A DNA stretch of 29,589 bases from the NCBI GenBank assembly GCA_963845185.1, contig CAWJRG010000004.1, positions 1 through 29,589 of the forward strand. Direction: 5' to 3'. Below are positions 27,359 through 29,589 of the stretch, piece by piece. The notes under the pieces are model-generated. The model saw nothing but the letters and a program-made list of their open reading frames with translations, did not search any database and had not been told where the DNA came from. Source of the stretch: an uncultured bacterium (GTDB lineage: Bacteria > Oederibacteriota > PGYV01 > CAWJRG01). How positions within the stretch are numbered: the first letter of the stretch is position 1; every line of letters begins with the position of its first letter. Made by a program: the position numbers and the translations under genes.

Positions 27359-28360
27359 TCACCCAATCACTACTTGAAGCTTGGAAGCCCTGAAAGCCTC
27401 CAACCTTATAATGTTTGCAGTGATCAGGTTGTTCTTTCTCTGGCTTAAAATCACCTCCATTTTTCCCGCGAACGCCTCAGCCGGTGTAACATAATGTAGC
27501 GAGCTATGAGGATCGTTGTTATGCAGTGGTTTAAATTTTTCTAACCAGTCCAGTACATCTGAAACCGTTGGAAAGACAGCCGGCACATCCCTGTGATACT
27601 TCGAGTTTTTATTCAGGGCCTCAATCCATGGTTCGTCATCCGGCGTGTTTGGGCGTCCGTAGCGTACAGGAATTTTTAGCACATCTTCCAGGAAGGCAAC
27701 AGTCTTTTTGGCTTTCATAGCAGATCCGCGGTCTGAAAAAGCCACTATGTTGTCAGGAAAGTCATCCGGCAGTTCAAGTATGGCTTGAGCAACGGCATCC
27801 CGTAAATCCGCTGAACTGACGCCGCGTAAACTGTGTCCGATATGCAGCAGATACCTGTAAGGCAGAAGCAGAACCGGTATGGACCAAACAGTTACGCCGG
27901 ACTCGGTTTTGAAGCATGAACCGTCATAGGTCAAAAGGGAAAATCCAGCATCCAAAAGATCGTGAGCCGAAACATGATTAGATTTCCGTTTTTTGGGTTC
28001 GAATGGTTTTACGAGATCTTCGGCTTTTAGATACCTGTATACAGTCGATAGAGAAGCATGAAAAGCGCCTGAATTATGGCCATATACGTAAATATGGCTC
28101 AATGGCTTGCCTATATTTTCAGGTCTAAAGGCAGAGTCAATAATCGATGTCTTTTCAAACGGCAACAGTTTGTTACATGCCGTTCTTGGCGTTCTCTTTT
28201 TTAGTTTAGCCCAGCGTCTGAATTTTCTGGCGTCTATGTCAAAGATCAAACAAGCTCTTTTCTGCGTGAAACCGGATAGTACGGCTTCGTTTATAGTGAT
28301 AACAACTATCTGCCTAACTTGGGCCGGATAGTGCCCCTTCAAAGGACCCTTGAGACTCAA
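27359..28360 (-). CDS. IS3-family transposase OrfB (rve/DDE domain)
   Basis: TYDGS, FSDRGSAM and DEPWIE triad (36 residues between the second D and E); ASLSTVYRYL; HSSLHYVTP. Confidence 0.88.
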   Translation of the reverse strand: MSLKGPLKGHYPAQVRQIVVITINEAVLSGFTQKRACLIFDIDARKFRRWAKLKKRTPRTACNKLLPFEKTSIIDSAFRPENIGKPLSHIYVYGHNSGAFHASLSTVYRYLKAEDLVKPFEPKKRKSNHVSAHDLLDAGFSLLTYDGSCFKTESGVTVWSIPVLLLPYRYLLHIGHSLRGVSSADLRDAVAQAILELPDDFPDNIVAFSDRGSAMKAKKTVAFLEDVLKIPVRYGRPNTPDDEPWIEALNKNSKYHRDVPAVFPTVSDVLDWLEKFKPLHNNDPHSSLHYVTPAEAFAGKMEVILSQRKNNLITANIIRLEAFRASKLQVVIG

Positions 28361-28689
28361 CTCATCTTTTTTTTTAACAACGCAAGCTCATGCCCGACAG
28401 CAGCCAGCGCGTCCTTTGTTTGAGAAAGTTCCTTATCCACTTGAGCAAGGCTTTCTACGGGAACCATGGACTTCTTTCTGCCGGATTTTGCCGGATTCGA
28501 TAGTTCTGACAGGGCAGCTTGCTTGATTCTCTTACGCAAGGCAATAAGATGCCACGGTTTAAGCCCGCACCGTTCCAGGATGGCTTTTACTGGCGCGTTG
28601 GGTAAGGAACATTCCTGATAAATATCAAAAAGTTGTTCTGGGGTTAACTTTGGTTTCTTCAATCCGTTATTCTGTTGGTTGTCAGTCAT
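28357..28689 (-). CDS. IS3-family OrfA (HTH plus leucine-zipper-like)
   Basis: 110 aa with RBS GAGGAG; ends LLKKKMS over the slippery site. Confidence 0.8.
   Translation of the reverse strand: MTDNQQNNGLKKPKLTPEQLFDIYQECSLPNAPVKAILERCGLKPWHLIALRKRIKQAALSELSNPAKSGRKKSMVPVESLAQVDKELSQTKDALAAVGHELALLKKKMS
28366..28375 (-). promoter_or_regulatory. -1 programmed frameshift site A9G
   Basis: Minus strand TTA AAA AAA AAG ATG; a -1 slip gives KKDELSLKGP, in frame with OrfB. Confidence 0.8.
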
Positions 28690-28820
28690 TTGTCACTCTC
28701 CTCGATGAAAGTATACATAAAAATTTGCTTTATGCAAACCCTTACGTTTGGTACAATTAATTAACTGATACAAGTAGTCAATTCTTTTTGAGTTTGAGGA
28801 CACTATCGCTGAAAAACGCG

Positions 28821-29589
28821 GCTGGTATACGGATATTCAACGGGACACGAAGTTCGACAAACTGGAAAGAGCGACGCATCATAATGTGTCTTTTATTTGG
28901 CGGCTGGGAGGATTGAAGCCGGATCATAAAACAATAGCAAGGTTTCGAAAAGACAACCGGGAAATGTTGAAAAACGTGATGAAACAAAGCGCAAAGATGT
29001 GTATGAAACTGGGATTGATAGAAGGAAACACGCTATTTGTAGACGGGAGCAAGATAAGGGCGAACGCGTCGATAAATAACACATGGACAATGGAGCGGTG
29101 TGAAAAAAGGATAAAGAAGATAGAAGAAAACATAGAAGCGATAATAAAGGAGAGCGAAAAGATAGACGAGGAAGAAAGCGGCGCTGAATCACTGGTAAAG
29201 ATGAAGGAAAAATTAAGAGGCAAAGAGAAATTAAAAGCAAAGATAAAAGAGGTAATGGAAGAAATAAGGAACGAGGGGAAAAAGTCGATAAATACGACAG
29301 ACAAGGAATGCGTGAAAGTAAAAGGGCGTCAGGGAACGCATGCGGGATATAACGGGCAGATAGTGGTAGATGAAAGACACGGACTGATAGTGCATAGCGA
29401 CGTAGTAAACGAGATGCACTACCCGGAAGCAATTCGGGGAGTCAGATTGAAGAAGCGGCGAAAACAGTTGAAAACAAATGCAAAAATGCGTGTGGGGATG
29501 CCGGATATGCCAGCATAGAAGAAATGAAAAAGATACACGACAAAGACATAAATGTAATAGTACCTTCTCAGGAACAGGTAGAGAAAAAA
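28821..29589 (+). pseudogene. Second, internal copy of the IS1182 transposase (769-bp direct repeat, copy 2)
   Basis: Matches 26557-27325 except for clustered differences near 28838-28893 and 29412-29440; runs to the window end. Confidence 0.9.

Larger units (their letters stand above)
27326..28822 (-). mobile_element. IS3-family insertion sequence (~1.5 kb)
   Basis: Imperfect 31-bp inverted repeats at 27326-27356 and 28792-28822 (24/31 match) enclose orfA/orfB. A candidate promoter TTGCAT-16-TATACT lies at 28737-28710. Confidence 0.88.

Noticed and set aside
27326..27448. Genuine C-terminus of the IS1182 transposase
   Set aside because: This is read-through into the antisense end of the IS3 element.
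28821..29589. DGR-like or biologically meaningful diversification between the two IS1182 copies
   Set aside because: The differences are clustered indels and substitutions, not adenine-specific, and no reverse transcriptase is present. They are most consistent with low-coverage errors near a contig end.

Overview
Bacterial chromosomal segment, mostly + strand, with sigma70-like promoters. 1-182 holds a hairpin-rich non-coding element resembling a non-autonomous IS200/IS605 remnant. A housekeeping run follows: DUF4921/GalT-like protein, PrsA-type PPIase, LpoA-like lipoprotein, hisS, pdxA, rsmA and glmS. Next come an AT-rich N4-cytosine MTase plus MvaI/BcnI-family restriction cassette, an RlmI-like methylase, a GT-C-like membrane protein, DUF296 and a B12 radical SAM enzyme. 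The accessory part encodes two secreted glycanases, a ~1640-aa GH9 and a 993-aa GH74-like Asp-box propeller. Both have strictly alternating Thr-X stalks and end in the same T9SS-like C-terminal domain, with no recognisable CBM or dockerin; this architecture suggests Candidatus Goldbacteria (inference only). The window ends in an IS1182 interrupted by an IS3-family element that has atypical ends and is bracketed by a ~769-bp direct duplication of its target. Smaller signals are two REP-like inverted doublets, a 66-nt gene remnant that makes the GH9 gene repeat-flanked, and a heptamer microsatellite inside rsmA.
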